A stretch of 64,000 bases of DNA from Mustelus asterias (taxonomy: Eukaryota). The notes below the pieces were generated by a model. The model did not search any database. It worked only from the letters and a program-made list of their open reading frames with translations, and was not told the DNA's origin. The translations under genes and the position numbers were made by a program. This document shows, piece after piece, positions 49,501 to 61,208 of the stretch (position 1 is the stretch's first letter; each line of letters begins with the position of its first letter). The stretch covers positions 12,710,001 through 12,774,000 of the forward strand of contig NC_135808.1 in the NCBI RefSeq assembly GCF_964213995.1, read 5' to 3'.

Positions 49501-52500
49501 CCTCCAGTGCCAGTATATCCTTTCTCAAGTAAGGAGACCAAAACTGTACACAGTACTCCAGGTGTGGCCTCACCAGCACCTTATACAGCTGCAACGTAAC
49601 CTCGCTGTTTTTATACTCCATCTCTCTTGCAATGAAGGACAAAATTCCATTTGTCTTCTTAATTACTTACTGCACCTGCAAACCAACTTTTTGCGGTTCA
49701 TGCACAAGGACACCCAGGTCCCTCTGCACAGCCGCATGCTGCAATTTTTTTACCACTTAAATAAGAGTCCATTTTGCTGTTATTCCTACCAAAATGGATG
49801 ACCTCACATTTACCAACATTGTACTCCATCTACCAGACCCTTGCCCACTCAAACTATCTATATCCCTTTACAAACATTCAATGCCCTCTGCACACTTTGC
49901 TCTACTACTCATCTTAGTGCTTTTTGTGAACTTTGACACACTACAGTTGATCCCCAACTCCAAATCATCTAGGTAAATTGTAAACAATTGCAGTCCCAAC
50001 ACTGATCCCTGAGGCACACCACTAGTCAGATTGCCAACCAGAAAAACACCCATTTACCCCAACTCTTTGCTTTCTGTTGGTCAACTAATCCTCTATCCAT
50101 GCTAATATATCACCCATAAGACCATGCAGCAGCCTTTTGCGTGGCACCTTGTCAAATGCCTTCTGGAAATCCAGATACACCACATCCACTGGTTCCTGTT
50201 GCCCACCGCGCTCATAATGTCCTCAAAGAATTCCACTAAATTAAACATGACCTGCCTTTCATGAACCCATACTGCGTCTTCCCAATGGGACAATTCATAT
50301 CCACAGATATCTCACTATTTCTTCCTTGATAGACTCAAGCATTTTCCCCACCACAGAAGTTAAGCTAACCAGCCTATAGTTACCTGTCTTTTGTCTACCT
50401 CCTTTTTTAAACAGTGGCGTCACATTTGCTGTGTTCCAATCTGCCACCCAGATTCCAGCGAAATTTGGAAAATTACCACTAGTGCACTTGCTATTTCCCC
50501 CGCCATCTCTTTTAGTACCCTGGGATGCATTCCATCAGGGCCAGGAGACTTGTCTACCTTTAGCCCCATTAGCTTGCCCAACACTGCTTCTTTAGTGATA
50601 ATGATAGTTTCTAGGTCCTCATCTGCCATCGCCTTCTTGTCACCAATTTCTGTCGTGTTATTTGTGTCTTCCACTGTGAAGACCAACACAAAATACCTGC
50701 TCAATACCTCTGCCATTTTCTCATTTCCCATTATTAATTCCCCCTTCTCATCCTCTGAAGGACCAATGTTTCGCTTAGCCACTCTTTTTTCTCATATATT
50801 TGTCAAAACCTTTTCTACCTGTTTTAATATTCTGACTGAGTTTACTCTCATAATCTATCTTACTTTTCTTTATAGCTTTTTTCATAGCTGTCTGTTGACC
50901 TTTAAAGATTTCCCAATCCTCTAGTTTCCCACTATTCTTTGCCACTTTCTTTCAAATTGACACCCTCCTTTATTTCCTTAGATATCCATGGCTGATTATC
51001 TCTTTTTCTACTGTCCTTCCTTATCACTGCTGAGCACTGTGAAAAATTGCTTTGAAAGTCCTCCACTGTTCCTCAATTGTCCCACCATAAAGTTTTGCTC
51101 CCAGTCTACGTGGGCCAACATCCCCCCTCATCCAATTGTAGTCTCCTTTGTTTAAGTACAAGAGATTGGTTTTGATTTTACCTTTTCACGCTCCGTTTGT
51201 ATTTTAAATTCAACCATACTGTGATCGCTCCTTCCGAGAGGATCCCCAACTGTGAGATTGTTAATTATTCCTGTCTCATTACACAGGATCAGATCTAGGA
51301 TAGCTTGCTCCCTCATTAGGTTCTATTACAAATTGTTTGAGGAAACAATCATGGATGCATTCTATGAACTCCTCCTCAAAACTGCCTTGGCCAATCGACT
51401 AAAGTCCCCCATGATAATTGCCGCACCATTTTTACATGCGTCAATTATTTCCTTGTTTATTGTTTGCCCCACCGTGATATTATTTGACAGCCTATAGACT
51501 ACACTGATCAGTTACTTTTTTTCCTTACTATTTCTAATTTCCACCCAAATGGACACAACGCTTTTCTCCATAGAACCTACATCATCTCTCACTACCAGCC
51601 TGATGTCATCCTTAAACATCAGAGCTACACCACCTCCCATACCTTCTTGTGTGTCCTTCCGAATAGTCTGATACCCCTGGATTCTCCCTCAGTGTACCTG
51701 AACAGGCGTCGGAGTGTGGCGACTAGGGATTTTCACAGTGACTTCATTGTAGTGTTAGTGTAAGCCTACTGTGATACTAATAAATGAACTCAAAACTTGA
51801 TTCCCACTGTCAATCTACTAAACGAAATCCTGTAGTTGCTGGACATCGGATACAAAATGCTCAAAACTTAGTAAATCAGGCAGTACTTACATAAACTGAA
51901 ATAGTGAACATTTTACATCCAAAAGGTCACTGGCCTGAAATATATTCTCCGCTTCTTTCTACACAATTGCTCAATTTGTCCAGCATTTATGCTCAACTGA
52001 CGACTGAGTGACGTTAATCTATATATAGACTGTGCAAACTACATTAGCAATAATAGTGACAAATTAATTTCCGAGTATGACTACAGTTTTGTTTTGGACC
52101 AGCATGTTTGGATAATTTCTCGTGAAAGTGGTGAATTCCTATAAGAGGTTATTTTGGCGTGCTGTGACTAATTAACTTTTTGGAACAATTCTGCAATTTT
52201 AACCAAGGAAAAATCTGGGTGGAAACGAGTGGCGAGAAGGAAATAAAGAGGCTGAATGGGCTGTACAGACTGGATACAGGGATAGCGTAACCTCTGGCTT
52301 GGGGAAGACTGAGTCTAGAAAAAGGGCTCACAATGTCAGGACACAGAGTAGGCCATTTAGCACTGAATTTTCTTCACAGAGGCTGTGGAGGCCACGACAC
52401 TGAATGTAACTTAAAAATAGATCTCTAGACAGTAAAGGAATTAAGGAGTATGGGGAGAGAGTAAGAGGTAGAGGAACAACCATGATCACACTGAATGGTG

Positions 52501-55500
52501 GAGCAGGCTAAAATGGCCTACTCCTATGAGAGGAGGTCACCAGCACAGGCTGGATGATGCCACATTAGAATTATCTTCCTTTTCCATATTAAAGTTAATT
52601 TATTTATGAGTCAAGTAGGTTTACATTAACACTGCAATGGAGTTACTGTGAAAATCCCCTAGCCGCCACACTCCGGCACCTGTTCGGGTACAGAGGGAGA
52701 ATTTAGCAGGGCCAATTCACCTAACCTGCACATCTTTGGACTGTGGGAGGAAACCCACGCTGACACGGGGAGAACATGCAAACTCCACATAGACAGTGGC
52801 ACAAGCCGGGAATGCTGTGAGGCAGCAGTGCGAACCACTGTGCCGCCCCTCATCACTACACTGATGTAGTTTGGCTCAGGGAGCGACAAGCTTCAAGTGG
52901 GTCTTTTGCACCTCCTCTGGGATATTTGCAGTGTCTGGTATACGCAGCTTGCATTTCAATTCTTTTGCCTTAGGGATAAGGGGTTTATAGTTTTGTCTTC
53001 AGCAAAAACAACAACCACAAATTCTGTGTCACCTTTCTTAAGTTTGGTACTGAATAATTCATGAGCGGCAACACTTCCAAGTGACAAAGCAATTAAGCTA
53101 CTTACCAATGAGTTTCAAAATTCTCCTTCCTCTCAGTTCTCCTCCTGTTGTGATTTTATAAATTCCTTCGTCTCTAGATGTTACATTCATTACCGTCAGA
53201 GCGCCAGTGGAAACATTATAATATAAACGAAACTCAAACTGTTCATTTGGCTCCTGTTTGGGCAAATTTGGTGCGTAATCGAAAATAGTAAAAAGGTTTC
53301 CACCATTGTCTGTGAACTCCCATATTACATCAATGCTCCTCAGATCTTCATCAATTTTAAGGTCCAGTGAAGGTGATGAACCAACAGCAGCAAGTACTTC
53401 TTCCTGCCCAACTGATTGACAAAACAAAGTAAGTTAAATACTGGCAGTGAAACGTCAAGAAAAACAACAATAAATAACTGACTTATTGGGAGCTCAGAAC
53501 CTGGATTTCTGAGGGCAGAGATTCCATGATGTGGAGATGCCGGCGTTGGACTGGGGTAAACACAGTAAGAAGTTTAACAACACCAGGTTAAAGTCCAACA
53601 GGTTTATTTGGTAGCAAAAGCCACACAAGCTTTCGGAGCTGCAAGCCCCTTCTTCAGGTGAGTGGGAATTCTGTTCACAAACAGAGCATATAAAGACACA
53701 AACTCAATTTACATGAATAATGGTTGGAATGCGAATACTTACAACTAATCAAGTCTTTAAGAAACAAAATTATCCAAACATGCTGGTCCATTGCAGTTGT
53801 TTTGTTTCTTAAAGACTTGATTAGTTGTAAGTATTCGCATTCCAACCATTATTCATGTAAATTGAGTTTGTGTCTTTATATGCTCTGTTTGTGAACAGAA
53901 TTCCCACTCACCTGAAGAAGGGGCTTGCAGCTCCGAAAGCTTGTGTGGCTTTTGCTACCAAATAAACCTGTTGGACTTTAACCTGGTGTTGTTAAACTTC
54001 TTACGGCAGAGATTCCACACAGGTTCAGCAATCTGCAACTCTGAAAATAAAGCCTAGTGCTTGGTTTGCTCTGTTTCAAGCTTCACTAATGCGTGGCAGA
54101 AATCTTAATGAATGCTATATTTGTACTGCAAGATGTCAGTGTTCCTCTACTCTACCTAAATTGACACCTTCCAGGTAATAAGTGACTTTTTTCCCCCAAC
54201 TTGAACTACTTCACATTTATCCACATTGAACTTTAGTAATTTACCATTCTGTTAGTTTATTAATTTAGAAACATAGAAAAACTACAGCACAAAACAGGCC
54301 CTTCGGCCCCACAAGTTGTGCCGAACATATCCCTACCTTTTAGGCCTACCTATAACCCGCCATCCTATTAAGTCCCATGTACTCATCCAGGAGTCTCTTA
54401 AAAGACCCTATTGAGTTTGCCTCCACCACCACTGACGGCAGCCGATTCCGCTTGCCCACCACCCTGTGTGAAAAACTTCCCCCTAACATTTCCCTGTACC
54501 TACCCCCCCAACACCTTAAACCTGTGTCCTCTCGTAGCAGCCATTTCCACCCTGGGAAAAAGCCTCTGAGACTCCACCCGATCTATGCCTCTCAAAATCT
54601 TATATACCTCTATTAGGTCTCCTCTCATCCTACGTCTCTCCAAGGAGAAAAGACCGAGCTCCCTAAGCCTATCCTCATAAGGCATGCCACTCAATCCAGG
54701 CAACATCCTTGTAATTCTCCTCTGCACCCTTTCAATCTTTTCCACATCCTTCCTGTAATGAGGCGACCAGAACTGAGCACAGTACTCCAAGTGGGGTCTG
54801 ACGAGGGTCTTACATAGCTGCATCATTATCCCCGGACTCAACTCAATCCCTCGATTGATAAAGGCCAGCACACCATACGCCTTCTTAACCACCTCCTCCA
54901 CCTGCAGGGCCGATTTAAGAGTCCTATGGACCCGGACCCCAAGGTCCTTCTGATCCTAGACAGTACTAAGAGTCTTTCCCTTTGTATTGTACTCCTTCAT
55001 CCCATTTGACCTTCCAAAATGGACCACTATGCATTTATCTGGGTTGAAGTCCATCTGCCACTTCTCCGCCCAGTCTTGCATCCTATCTATGTCCCTCTGT
55101 AACTTCTGACATCCCTCCAGACTATCCACAACCTCACCAACCTTCGTGTCGTCAGCAAACTTACCAACCCATCCCTCCACTTCCTCATCCAGGTCATTTA
55201 TGAAAATGACAAACAGCAAGGGTCCCAGAACAGATCCCTGGGGACACACCACTGGTGACCGACCTCCATTTAGAAAAAGACCCATCTATACCCACTCTCT
55301 GCCTCCTTTGGGCAAGCCAGTTCTGGATCCACAGGGCAGCAGCCCCTTGGATCCCATGCCCTCTCACTTTTTCTAGAAGCGTTGCATGGGGGACCTTATC
55401 GAACGCCTTGCTAAAATCCATATAAACCACATCTACCACTTTCCCTTCGTCAATGTGTTTAGTCACATTTTCGAAGAACTCCACCAGGCTCGTAAGGCAC

Positions 55501-58500
55501 GATCTGCCTTTGACAAAGCCATGCTGAGTATTCTTGAGCATACTAAACCTCTCTAAATGCTCATAAATCTTGTCCCTCAGGATCTTCTCCATCAGCTTAC
55601 CAACCACTGAGGTTAGACTCACCGGTCAGTAATTTCCTGGGCTATCCCTATTCCCTTTCTTGAAAATAGGAACCACATCCGCAATCCTCCAGAACGTCCC
55701 CCGTCTCATCGACGACGCAAAGATCATTGCCAGAGGCTCGGCAATCTCTTCCCTTGTCTCCCACAGTAACCTGGGGTACATCCCATCCGGACCCGGCGAC
55801 TTATCTATCTTGATGCCATTCAAAGATTCCAGCACAACCTCTTTGTTAAAGTCCACATACTCAATCTTTTCAGTCCACCGCAAGCCCACAGTACATCCAC
55901 CCAGGTCCTTCTCCTCTCTGAAAACCGAGACAAAATACTCATTAAGCACCTCTGCCATTTCTACTGGTTCCGTACTGATTTTCCCACCTTCACCTTTTAT
56001 TGGCCCTATTCCTTCACGTCTCATCCTTTTACTCTTCACGTATTTATAGAACGCCTAAGGGTTTTCCTTAATCCTACCTGCCAAGGCCTTTTTGTGACCC
56101 CTTCTGGCTCTCCTAATTTCCTTCTTTAGTCCCTTCCTACAAGCCATATACTCATCTAGATCCCTATCTTCGCCAAGCTCTCTGAACCTTTTGTACGCTT
56201 TCCTTTTCTTCTCGACTAGGTCCCGCACAGCTTTCGTGCACCACGGTTCCTTTAACCTACCAACTCCTCCCTGTCTGCTCGGAACGTTGTCCTGTCGAAC
56301 TCTAGACAAACATTCCTTGAAAAACTGCCACGTCTCTTCAGTACATTTCCGCGAGAATACCTCCTTCCAATTTACTCCTCTAATTTGCTGCCTTATGTCT
56401 TCATATTTCCCCTTACTCCATATAAACGCTTTCCTAGCTTGCCTGATCCTCTCTTTTTCCAATGTAAGCAGAAAGGAATACAGTTATGATCGCTATCCCC
56501 AAGATGCTCTCCCACTGAGAGATCTGACACCTGTCCAGGTTCATTGGTCAGTATCAGATCAAGTACAGCCTCTCCTCTTGTAGGCTTGTCCACATGCTGT
56601 GTCAGGAAACCCTCCTGAGCACACCTAACCAACTCCTCCCATCCAATCCCCTTACCCTAGGGATATTCCAATCTATGTTTGGGAAATTAAAGTCTCCCAT
56701 CACAACAACTCTGCTATTATTGCAACTCTCCAGGATCGGTTTCCCTATCTGCTCCTCCACCTCCCTGTTACTATTGGGCGGCCTATAGAAAACTCCCAGC
56801 AAAGTGATCGACCCCTTCCCACTCCGAACTTCCACCCAGAGACTCTGTAGACAATCCCTCCACAGCATACACCTTCTCTACAGCTGTGGCACTATCCCTG
56901 ATCAGCAGTGCCACTCCACCCCCTCTCTTGCCTCCCTCCCTGTCCTTCCTGAAACATCTGAATCCCGGCACCTGGAGTATCCAGTCCCGTCCCCGAGACA
57001 TCCAAGTCTCCGTAATGGCCACCACATCACACTTCCAGGCATCGATCCACGCTCTGAGCTCATCCCCTGCATTTCCTTGCAGTTCTTCTCAGTATTAACT
57101 ATTGTGCTTCTTTCAAATTTACCAATTGTGCTTTTGGTTCCAAAATGCCAATTATCAATATAAATTGTGAGCAGCAATGGCTCCAGCAATGATCCGTGTG
57201 GAACAATAGCTCCCACTTCTGCCACTCTTAACTACCTTTGCACTGAAGTTATCTGGCAATCCACTCTCTCACTTGGGTCCAGTGGCTTCATATGCACTAA
57301 TTATATTCATTGGTCTCTGATGGACACCTTACTTAATGTCTCTTGAAAATGCAGATAAATATCTACTAGCTTACTACTACTTACAGGTTACTATTAGTTA
57401 TAGGTTGGATACAAGAGCATTGAACTTAATATTGACATGTATGTAACTGATGGTATTAAGTTAGTCCCAGCATTTGCCTTTGGAGAGATGTGTCAGCGTT
57501 ACGATCCATTATCAGCACCATTTCAATTAATTACCATTGATTATTGGGTGGCACTGTGCCTCAGTGGTTAGCACTGCTGCCTCACACTGCCAGGGACCCG
57601 GTTTCAATTCCAGCCTCGGGTCACTGTCCGTGTGGAGTTTGCACGTTCTCACCATGTCTGTGTGGGTTTTCTCCGTGTGCTCCGGTTCCCTCCCACAGTC
57701 CAAAGATGTGTGAGTTAGATGGATTGGCCATGCTAAATTGACCGTAGTGTCAGGAGGATTAGTAGGGTAGATGTGTGGGGTTGCGGGAATTGGCCCTGGA
57801 TGGGACTGTGGTTGGTGCAGACTCGATGGGTCGAATGGCCTCCTTCTGTACTGTAGGGATTCTATAATTCTATTATTGGTGAAACTGAAGTTCTCCAAAC
57901 TACAGTTGCTCTTCACCACCCCCTACAAGTCAACACCTGTCTTTGATTTATTCTCTTCAACAAGTCCAGGACGGCTTTGTCTTCCCTTCTTTCTTGAACA
58001 TTTGTTCATAACAGATGCTGGCAGTAAACCCAGGAACAAAGTTGTAATTGCAGAATAATCTAATTCAAGGCAAGGATATTCCATATTATTTACAAATGGC
58101 ATCGAAATCAAACAGGAAAGCTGCAAAACTTTGTCCACCCCGATTTCCAAAACCGCATTCCTTTGGGACTTGAACACTTGAAAAGTAACATGATTCCAGA
58201 CAGCAACAGAAACAAAAGTAGAATCGCAATTATTTAACTTCAGTACATCCGCAGCATAATTTTTAAACTTCAGTACAACATCGTCAGCATAATTAAACTT
58301 CACGTTTTGTAAATATGAAAATCTGTGTTCTGAAGTAATTGAGGAAAAACAGTTACACAGTTTACAGCTAAATCCTCCACATCAGACGAAGACACAAATC
58401 TCAGTGAAATCCCCTCTCCGCAGCCCATGACATTTTACATTTTTCTGCAGAAAGGTGGCTGCTGCGCCGGTCCTGACAAAGATGGCGATGTTAGAATCAT

Positions 58501-60229
58501 TGAATCCTCCAGTGCAGGAAGAGGCCATTCGGCCCATCAAGTCTGCACCAACCACAATCCCACCCAGGTCCTATCCACATATCTACCCACTAACCACTCT
58601 AACCTATGCATCCCGAGACACTAAGGGGCAATGTAGCATGGCCAATCAACCTAACCCGCACATCTTTGGACTGTGGGATGAAACTGGAGCACCCGGAGGA
58701 AACCCACGCAGACACGAGGAGAATGTGCAAACTCCACACAGGCAGCGACCCGAGCCGGGATTCAAACCCAGGCCCCTGGAGCTGTGAAGCAGCAGTGCTA
58801 ACCACTGTGCTACCGCACGCCCACCCCGACAGGAGCAGACAGCCCCTCTCTCGGTGCAAACGCAGGACCTGTAGGTTCTTATTCGTGGTTTTTGGGCTAC
58901 ACAAGATGTTCACAAAACCTCCTAGCTCGACCGCCATGTTTGTTGCTGGCTCCCCTCCAGAAGGGCTGGGCCCCGGTCTGTCTCTGAAGAGGAGGCGGCG
59001 GAGGGCGGGGAGAGGGGCTCACAACCCCATCCCCTGTTTGTGTGACCCACAGTTTGGGAAACACTGGAATGTGATTTACTGTGAAAGGAAACCCGGGAGC
59101 GGGGCCAACTCCGCTGCGACAACACACTCACTCACTCAAAACAAACTCAGTTCCAGCCACATTTAAACATTTCCAACTCCCGTTTCCCGAGAAATTTTTT
59201 TAAAAATAATTTCTCCAATTAACATCCTTGCCTCCCACACCGATCAGCGGGAAGGAGGCCGAGGGATAAGCAGCCGAGAAACATAACGATGAATCCCACT
59301 GGGTCCATAAATATGGAGCCCTGATACAGACCCAGCTCCGATCGCACTCACCCTCAGACTCCAGGTTTGCACGAGAGCGCGCACGCGCCGTCACCTCATT
59401 CCTCCACTAAGCGCACATGCGCGGTCACCACTTTCCCTCAGCGCGGTCACGTCATTCCCAAAGCACGCATGCGCGGTTACCAAGTTCATCCATTGACTAC
59501 ACAAGTCCCTCCCCCACCACGCAACTCACCCAAATCACTCTTGCTTCACTCGACCGGCACCGAGAAAAGGCGGATGGGCGCGCGCTGGAGTGCGGCTGCG
59601 GCTTCGGATCCGTTTGACAACCGGACCCGGCACTTAGTCCCGATTTGGTAAAATCGGCCCCGATGTTTACAAAACCTCCCGATTGAGCGTCCTGTCTGCT
59701 CCGGCAGGGAAAGGGCTGGGCCCCGGCCCGCCTCGGAGGAGGGCGGGGAGAGGGGGCTGGGCCCGGCCCGCCTCTGAGGAGGCGGAGGGCGGGGAGAGGG
59801 GGCTGGGCCCGGCCCGTCTCTGAGGAGGCGGAGGGCGGGGAGAGGGGGCTGGGCCCGGCCCGTCTCTGAGGAGGCGGAGGGCGGGGAGAGGGGGCTGGGC
59901 CCGGCCCGTCTCTGAGGAGGCGGAGGGCGGGGAGAAGGGCTCACACCCGTTTGTGTGACCCACAGTTTGGGAAAACACTGGAATGTGATTTACTGTAAAA
60001 GGAAACCCGGGAGCGGGGCCAACTCCGCTGCGACAACACACTCACTCACTCAAAACAAACTCAATGAGTTGCAGCCACATTTAAACATTTCCTACGACGG
60101 TTTCCCAGGAATTAAAAAATAATAATTTCTCCAATTGACATCCTTACCTCCCACAGCGATCAGTTCAAAGGTGAGACTGAAGGAAAAGCAGCTGAGGAAC
60201 AACATGACGGTGAATAGCGGTGTATCCAT
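40520..60229 (-). CDS. Six-exon CD2/SLAM-family-like (CD48/CD58/SLAMF/HEPACAM-like) Ig-superfamily type I membrane protein, 293 aa: join(60229-60148,53411-53106,48650-48366,42513-42421,41319-41240,40555-40520)
   Basis: All introns are GT-AG with matching phases (1,1,1,1,0); the total is 882 nt with no internal stop. Domain order: leader, IgV lacking the B-F cysteines (DEGIY), IgC2 (LTC..W..YTC..NPVS plus extra Cys), TM, tail. Exact orthology cannot be assigned without a search. Confidence 0.85.
41240..41319 (-). CDS. Exon 5A, end of TM and cytoplasmic tail (CLICKIKKWKTGRQPYSYPVSRQHEIS)
   Basis: caacag| acceptor, |gtaagt donor, phase 1-0, basic stop-transfer KIKKWK. Confidence 0.8.
41355..41637 (-). 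mobile_element. HE1-like SINE
   Basis: Head, body and tail motifs. Confidence 0.8.
42421..42513 (-). CDS. Exon 4A, stalk and transmembrane (KECEPSEPANNVQIIVISTVVVFIAALVIM)
   Basis: tttcag| acceptor, T|gtaagt donor, 93 nt phase 1-1, hydrophobic run. Confidence 0.85.
43345..44470 (-). mobile_element. CR1 3' fragment
   Basis: ORFs 43659..43991 and 44060..44467. Confidence 0.92.
44472..45415 (-). mobile_element. HE1-like SINE split by a solo LTR
   Basis: Tail 44472-44585; body and head 45164-45415. Confidence 0.85.
44586..45163 (+). mobile_element. Solo LTR, 578 bp
   Basis: TGTT...AACA termini, ctataaata, aataaa, TSD ccctc (44581-44585 and 45164-45168). Confidence 0.9.
46025..46650. mobile_element. 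Penelope pLTR inverted pair
   Basis: Arms are imperfect reverse complements; same termini as the other Penelope copies. Confidence 0.88.
46671..47219 (+). mobile_element. Probable solo LTR
   Basis: TGT...ACA ends, aataaa near the 3' end; no clear TSD. Confidence 0.5.
48366..48650 (-). CDS. Exon 3, IgC2 domain
   Basis: PLSEPSINGTCVNGTIELTCQV...WWKD...YTCTMENPVS; acceptor ttgcag|, donor G|gtgag; phase 1-1. Confidence 0.9.
49010..51680 (-). mobile_element. Older CR1 LINE, decayed ORF2
   Basis: [39 protein letters not shown]. Confidence 0.92.
53106..53411 (-). CDS. Exon 2, IgV-type domain without canonical disulfide (CD2/SLAM/CEACAM N-domain type)
   Basis: Core of ORF 53098..53427; acceptor caatcag|, donor G|gtaagt; motifs VIWEF, FRLYYNVSTGALTVMNVTSRDEGIY. 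Confidence 0.9.
53527..54004. mobile_element. Penelope pLTR near-perfect hairpin
   Basis: About 205-bp inverted arms; 13-bp TSD ggcagagattcca (53514-53526 and 54005-54017). Confidence 0.93.
54266..57065 (-). mobile_element. CR1 LINE ORF2 (EN to 3' tail), frameshifted
   Basis: ITETW, GDFN, SDH, QHGF, FADD. Confidence 0.95.
57545..57866 (+). mobile_element. HE1-like SINE
   Basis: Full head, body and tail. Confidence 0.85.
58493..58822 (-). mobile_element. HE1-like SINE
   Basis: Full head, body and tail. Confidence 0.85.
59232..59308 (-). pseudogene. Duplicate leader exon (MDPVGFIVMFLGCLSLGLL...), frameshifted, GC donor
   Basis: Homologous to 60148-60229; 77 nt gives phase 2; donor reads gcaagg instead of gtaagg. 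Confidence 0.65.
59360..59660 (-). promoter_or_regulatory. CpG-island promoter-like segment upstream of the second leader exon
   Basis: High CpG content; repeated gcacatgcgcggt / acgcatgcgcggt (NRF1-like) and gtcacgtca (CRE/E-box-like). Confidence 0.5.
59712..59940 (+). repeat. 46-bp GC-rich VNTR, about 5 copies, in intron 1
   Basis: gcccggcccg at 59761, 59807, 59853 and 59899. Confidence 0.93.
60148..60229 (-). CDS. Exon 1, signal peptide MDTPLFTVMLFLSCFSFSLTFELIAVG
   Basis: ATG at 60229, hydrophobic core, ends GGA G|gtaagg (phase 1), in frame with the IgV exon. Confidence 0.75.
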
Positions 60230-60601
60230 AAATCTGCAGCCCTGATACAGACACTACACCCCACTCCCGATTCGATCACAGCAACCCTCAGACTCGCTGC
60301 AACAGACCGCAGGCAGATTGACAAGAGCCGGGCTCCGAGCTGGATATTTATCAATGAGGAACTGAACAGCCGTTTTTATATGCAATCAAACTCTCAGCAA
60401 GTGAGTCATTCCAGGTCCAAAACAAGGCAGGCTCATCACCTCCTGTCTTGGGCTGATCCAAGCTGATTGGAGCAGGCATTGCACTTCGTCCAAGGCTTGA
60501 TCTCATAAAGGCCGAGATGCCGCTTTTAAAAATTGCTTCAAATGAAGCCTCAGCGTAACCTCATGACTTCAACCAATTGCCCTCTTTTTAGGCACAGCAA
60601 A

Positions 60602-60638
60602 ACCACACTTGATCTGAGCCAAAAGGCCAAGAAGCAAT
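60602..60638 (-). pseudogene. U2 snRNA nt 1-37 fragment heading a short repeat element (about 60370-60638)
   Basis: ATTGCTTCTTGGCCTTTTGGCTCAGATCAAGTGTGGT matches 33/37 of the U2 5' end as recalled; second partial head at 60496-60517. Confidence 0.8.
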
Positions 60639-60765
60639 GAGGGAACTAAATAGCCACTGCACAGAAAAGCAGAGCCACAAAGCCGGCAGAATGAGCCTTC
60701 ATCAAGGAGGTGGAGTCAACAGGGAGCAAGCATTGCCAAACCCATGAGTGACAGATTTGGCTCAG

Positions 60766-61208
60766 CACCTGTCCTTAGTGGAGAAATTCTTCCGGTAACA
60801 ACTTTGACCACATGGCTATCAAGTAGAAATCATAGAAACCCTACAGTGCAGAAAGAGGCCATTCGGCCCATCGAGTCTGCCCTATCCCCACATATTTACC
60901 CGTTAATCCCTCTAACCTACGCATCTCAGGACACTAAGGGGCAATTTAAGCATGGCCAATCAACCTAACCCGCACATCTTTGGAATGTGGGAGGAAACCG
61001 GAGCACCCGGAGGAAACCCACGCAGACACGAGGAGAATGTGCAAACTCCACACGGACAGTGACCTAAGCCGGGAATCGAACCCAGGTCCCTGGAGCCGTG
61101 AAGCAGCAGTGCTAACCACTGTGCTACCGTGCCGCCCGTATATCTGTCGTTTGCAACGTGTTATTTGAGAGTTTTTTTTATGAATAAAGTATATTTTTGA
61201 AATAAAAA
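60766..61208 (+). mobile_element. Internally deleted Tx1 fragment containing an HE1 SINE (60827-61137, -)
   Basis: HLSLVEKFFR peptide related to 38700-38760; tail atgaataaagtatatttttgaaataaaaa; TSD acagatttggctcag (60751-60765 and 61209-61223). Confidence 0.75.

Noticed and set aside
57545-57620. tRNA genes
   Set aside because: These are tRNA-derived SINE heads continuing into SINE bodies
57923-58303. 126-aa minus-strand ORF in intron 1
   Set aside because: Non-ATG start, no domain motifs, partly a short local repeat
60602-60638. Functional U2 snRNA gene
   Set aside because: Only nt 1-37 are present; no Sm site or 3' stems
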